NCBI GenBank assembly: GCA_029263435.1
Contig: JAJCXL010000502.1
Location: forward strand, 1 to 26,510
DNA: 26,510 bases
Reading direction: 5' to 3'
Origin: Acidobacteriota bacterium
GTDB lineage: Bacteria; Acidobacteriota; Vicinamibacteria; Marinacidobacterales; SMYC01
Part shown: positions 24,422 to 26,510 of the stretch, piece after piece
Numbering within the stretch: position 1 is the stretch's first letter
Layout: every line of letters starts with the position of its first letter
Notes under the pieces: generated by a model
Database searches by the model: none
What the model saw: the letters and a program-made list of their open reading frames with translations, nothing else
What the model was told of the DNA's origin: nothing
Translations under genes and position numbers: made by a program

Positions 24422-25813
24422 ATGGTCGTGAGTGTTGGACGCGTGCTCCAAGAAAATCTCGGTGATATTCAAGGCAACCTCCTTCATGCGTACCACATGC
24501 CAGTGGCACGCTATGCGTTTTACCGGCTGGAAGATCCAGCCTCCGGCCGCGCGTGGCTGGGAAAGCTCAGCGACCGCGTCACCTCCGCCACGCGGTGGAG
24601 CGAGGGGGACAAGCCGAGCTCGACGATGAACGTGGCTCTCAGCTTTCGTGGTCTCGAAGCCCTTGGTTTGCCGACGGCGACGCTCGCGAGCTTCCCGGAG
24701 GAGTTCCGGTTGGGAATGGCCGAGAGGTCCGAGATTCTGGGCGATGTCGGAGAAAGTGCCCCGGAATGTTGGGAAGATGCCCTCAAAGGGGATGGCCTAC
24801 ACGTGCTGGTGGAGATCCACGCACAAACAACGACTGCGCTCGAGTCCCACACCGAGTGGCTCGAATCCGTGAGCCAGGCCGCCGAAGGCGTGGTCGTCGA
24901 GTACGTGCAGGACGCGGCTCTGCCGAAAACCGGGACGGAGCATTTCGGGTTCGTCGACGGGATCTCACAACCGTCCGTTGAAGGTAGCGCTCTGCCGGAG
25001 CTCCCGGGTCACGGCACCCCGGTCGAGAGCGGCAAATGGAAGCCTTTGAGACCGGGTGAGTTCATCCTCGGCTATGTGGGCGAAGACGGCTTGGCATCGG
25101 AGACCCCGACGCCTGCCGCGCTAGGGCTGAACGGCACTTTCGTGGTCTTTCGAAAGCTCCACCAACGCGTGGCGGACTTTCGCCAGTTCCTTCGTACCAC
25201 GGCGCAGGCGTTATGGGATACGGACGATCCGGAGAAAGTCGAGCTGTTGGCGGCCAAGCTCGTCGGACGGTGGCGCAGCGGATGTCCGCTGGAGCTCTCC
25301 CCGGACCAAGACAATGCGGCGATCGCCAATAATCCGCAGATCAACAACAACTTCCGCTTTGCTCAGGACCCGGACGGCGAGCGGTGTCCCATCGGGGCGC
25401 ACATCCGCCGCGCCAATCCAAGAGGCTCTCTGGATGCGACGGACACATTGGTGAGGCGGCACCGGATATTGAGACGTGGCTTACCTTATGGTGAGTGGCT
25501 GGAATCGGAGTCCGATGACGGCGCGGATCGCGGGTTGGTTTTCATCGCCGTAGGTAGCAGCATCAGCAGACAGTTCGAGTTCGTTCAGGAAGAATGGATC
25601 AACAAAGGCGATCTCTTCTTTCTGGATGGTGAAAAGGATCCGTTCGTGGGCGCAAACGATGGGACGGGCAAGATGACCCTCCCGGGCCCCAGCGTTCCGT
25701 TTATTTTCAATTTGCAGCGATTCGTGACCGTTAGAGGCGGGGAGTATTTCTTCATGCCCGGTTTAGAAGCGCTGCGCAAGCTGGCTCAGGGGAAGTGGTC
25801 CGCAGACTCCTGA
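24422..25813 (+). CDS. Dye-decolorizing (DyP-type) peroxidase 2, 463 aa
   Basis: DIQGNL, EHFGFVDGISQP, GAHIRRANPRG, HRILRRGLPYG and QFEFVQEEW. Confidence 0.93.
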   Translation: MVVSVGRVLQENLGDIQGNLLHAYHMPVARYAFYRLEDPASGRAWLGKLSDRVTSATRWSEGDKPSSTMNVALSFRGLEALGLPTATLASFPEEFRLGMAERSEILGDVGESAPECWEDALKGDGLHVLVEIHAQTTTALESHTEWLESVSQAAEGVVVEYVQDAALPKTGTEHFGFVDGISQPSVEGSALPELPGHGTPVESGKWKPLRPGEFILGYVGEDGLASETPTPAALGLNGTFVVFRKLHQRVADFRQFLRTTAQALWDTDDPEKVELLAAKLVGRWRSGCPLELSPDQDNAAIANNPQINNNFRFAQDPDGERCPIGAHIRRANPRGSLDATDTLVRRHRILRRGLPYGEWLESESDDGADRGLVFIAVGSSISRQFEFVQEEWINKGDLFFLDGEKDPFVGANDGTGKMTLPGPSVPFIFNLQRFVTVRGGEYFFMPGLEALRKLAQGKWSADS

Positions 25814-25826
25814 CCCGAAAGGAACG

Positions 25827-26510
25827 ATGATGTCTTTTCTCTCCGATTACGCGAAAGCCGGCTCGAGCGCGGCCGATCCCAAGTCCGCGGCGATGGCACA
25901 AGGTGGGTTGGTCCAAAAGTGGCTCGCGACCAACGCGTCCGGCATGTTCGACGAGCTGCGTGAGACCAACCCCATTTTCGTCGCACCCGGAACGACGATC
26001 GTCACCAAATACCGCGATGTGCGAGAGGTGTTGGCACAGGATGCGGTGTTCTCCGTGAGCACTTACGCGCCCAAAGTCGAAAACCTCCTCAAAGGTCCCT
26101 TCGTCCTCGGTATGCCGAACGATGCGCAGTACGAGCGGGAGCTCTCGATCATGCGCCTCGCGGCGTCGCGAGACGACGTCGCTCGGATCCGTGACTTCGT
26201 GAGTCAAAGTGCGACCACCCTCGTGAAAAACGCCGTGCCGAACAAAAAAATCGATGTCGTTTCGGGCCTCGCGCGAGTGGTGGCGACCCGGCTCGTCGCC
26301 GACTACTTCGGTGTGTCCGGGCCGGATGAGAAGACGATGATGCGCTGGATGCGGGCGCTCTTCTGGGAGATTTTCATCAATCTGGGCAATGACCCGAAGG
26401 TCCGCGCCACGGCCGAGGGAGCCGCGGCTGAGCTCAACCCCTATCTCGATCAGCTCATCGTCTCCCGCCGCGAGACGATCGACTCGGGCAAGGCCGTTGG
26501 CGACGACGTG
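25827..26510 (+). CDS. Cytochrome P450, N-terminal part (runs off the right edge)
   Basis: Not in the ORF track. Open frame from ATG 25827 (SD AAAGGA): ...MFDELRETNPIF...VTKYRDVREVL...FSV...FVLGM...DVVSGLARVVATRLVADYFG..., the typical bacterial P450 A-E helix pattern. The heme Cys lies outside the window. Confidence 0.82.
   Translation, partial: MMSFLSDYAKAGSSAADPKSAAMAQGGLVQKWLATNASGMFDELRETNPIFVAPGTTIVTKYRDVREVLAQDAVFSVSTYAPKVENLLKGPFVLGMPNDAQYERELSIMRLAASRDDVARIRDFVSQSATTLVKNAVPNKKIDVVSGLARVVATRLVADYFGVSGPDEKTMMRWMRALFWEIFINLGNDPKVRATAEGAAAELNPYLDQLIVSRRETIDSGKAVGDDV

Noticed and set aside
23800-25813. Encapsulin cargo-loading peptides on the DyPs
   Set aside because: The C-termini (KALVDPT and QGKWSADS) lack the Gly/Pro linker and GSLxIGSL-like motif, and no encapsulin gene is in view.
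776-26207. Numerous long opposite-strand or alternate-frame ORFs in the track (e.g. 776-1426, 4105-5022, 15294-16046, 17737-18768)
   Set aside because: They lie wholly over well-supported genes, are Arg/Ala/Pro-rich and motif-free, as expected for shadow ORFs in high-GC DNA.

Overview
High-GC bacterial DNA, almost entirely coding, in four blocks. (1) 1-2880 (-): a partial vWA-domain gene and a VOC / YciI(DGPF) / ECF42-type sigma factor cassette. (2) 3230-16489 (-): one tightly coupled 16-gene [NiFe]-hydrogenase operon, in order: HTH regulator, hypF, hypC, hypD, hypE, small subunit, five small single-pass membrane proteins, large subunit, degenerate protease-like protein, Rieske-type protein, membrane protein, maturation protease, wHTH protein with a Cys/His tail, CooC-like ATPase. 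The layout matches group 1l high-affinity (trace-H2) hydrogenases. (3) 16588-20542 (-): a TPR lipoprotein and a membrane diguanylate cyclase. (4) 20826-26510 (+): three related small proteins, two large DyP peroxidases and the start of a cytochrome P450. The main finding is the CooC-like Ni ATPase, which the ORF track splits in two. It is one reading frame with an in-frame UGA exactly at the first Cys of the Ni-binding CxC motif, followed by a SECIS-like hairpin, so it is a likely selenoprotein, and it sits in an operon that lacks hypA and hypB. The first gene and the penultimate gene share a winged-helix domain, which suggests a regulator/metal-sensor pair. An orphan sigma70 promoter with a structured, possibly non-coding transcript lies at about 2940-3190. 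No CRISPR array, tRNA, rRNA or mobile element was seen.
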